Shown in pieces: positions 63,680 to 64,000 of a stretch of DNA of 64,000 bases (within the stretch, counting starts at the first letter, position 1; each line of letters opens with the position of its first letter). The stretch covers positions 3,683 to 67,682 of the forward strand of contig CAWFOF010000002.1 in NCBI GenBank assembly GCA_963817295.1, written 5' to 3'. Position numbers and translations under genes: made by a program. Below the pieces are notes generated by a model. That model saw only the letters and a list, made by a program, of their open reading frames with translations, had not been told where the DNA came from and did no database searches. The stretch is from an uncultured Solirubrobacteraceae bacterium (lineage in GTDB: Bacteria; Actinomycetota; Thermoleophilia; Solirubrobacterales; Solirubrobacteraceae).

Positions 63680-64000
63680 ATGGACGTCAGCAGGAGCGAC
63701 GCGCGCAGGAACGTCGAGGCCATCCTGCTCGCCGCCCGCGACGTGCTGGCCGACAGTCCCAGGGCCGAGCTCAGCACCATCGCCGCACGGGCCGGCGTGC
63801 ACCGGGTGACGCTCTACCGCCACTTTCGCACCCGCGAGGATCTGATCGCTCGCCTCTACGAGTCCTATCTCGACGACGCCGAGCGCGTCATCCGGGACAC
63901 GGACCCGCAGGCCGACGACCTGCTCGGGGAGATCGCGGACCTGACGCGGCGGCTCTACGAGGTCAACCTCACCTGGCGGGCGTTCGCGTGGGCGCCGGCG
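63680..64000 (+). CDS. TetR-family transcriptional regulator, paralogue of the preceding one, 3'-truncated by the window end
   Basis: Manual translation from the ATG at 63680: MDVSRSDARRNVEAILLAARDVLADSPRAELSTIAARAGVHRVTLYRHFRTREDLIARLYESYLDDAERV...LYEVNLTWRAFAWAP. It is absent from the ORF track because no stop lies in the window. Confidence 0.75.
   Translation, partial: MDVSRSDARRNVEAILLAARDVLADSPRAELSTIAARAGVHRVTLYRHFRTREDLIARLYESYLDDAERVIRDTDPQADDLLGEIADLTRRLYEVNLTWRAFAWAPA

Overview
The window has two compositionally different parts.

(A) Positions 1 to ~2608 have visibly lower GC (2521-2580 has only 25 G+C of 60). This part carries apt, two or three hypothetical minus-strand genes, and a conspicuous 32-bp inverted repeat.

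(B) Positions ~2609 to 64000 are very GC-rich and look like a chromosome segment from a high-GC Actinomycetota (lineage is inferred). It starts in the middle of a PD40-repeat gene. Contents of part B:
- Housekeeping genes: ftsH, uvrC, rapZ, gap-pgk-tpiA-gpmI, tgt, rlmH, argS.
- An ~8-kb arsenic island: arsR, thioredoxin-like gene, ArsP-like permease, arsC, arsJ with its dedicated GAPDH, and acr3 on the minus strand. Divergent from these are arsR, arsM and an R2lox-like dimetal oxidase.
- A phosphate-starvation locus: DUF47, an orphan winged-helix protein, pstSCAB-phoU, an OmpR-type response regulator, and a secreted metallophosphoesterase. These are preceded by 11-bp-phased GTTCAC direct repeats (PHO-box-like).
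- Operons of large secreted proteins of unknown function that share a C-terminal basic module.
- A four-gene TadE-like pseudopilin operon ending in a pseudopilin / VanY / SLT fusion.
- An MhqR/MhqE/MhqD-like quinone-detoxification module, a Ser/Thr kinase, an RCK-gated channel with a degenerate selectivity filter, tlpA-ccmH-ccdA, and two divergent TetR paralogues.

I found no rRNA, tRNA, CRISPR array, transposase or integrase.

Major caveat: many clearly essential genes need one or more frame switches to be read, by eye roughly one per kb. Gene spans here are therefore reconstructed by joining ORF-track fragments and by manual translation. Exact ends of several genes are approximate. All family assignments rest on motif recognition by eye, not on database searches.
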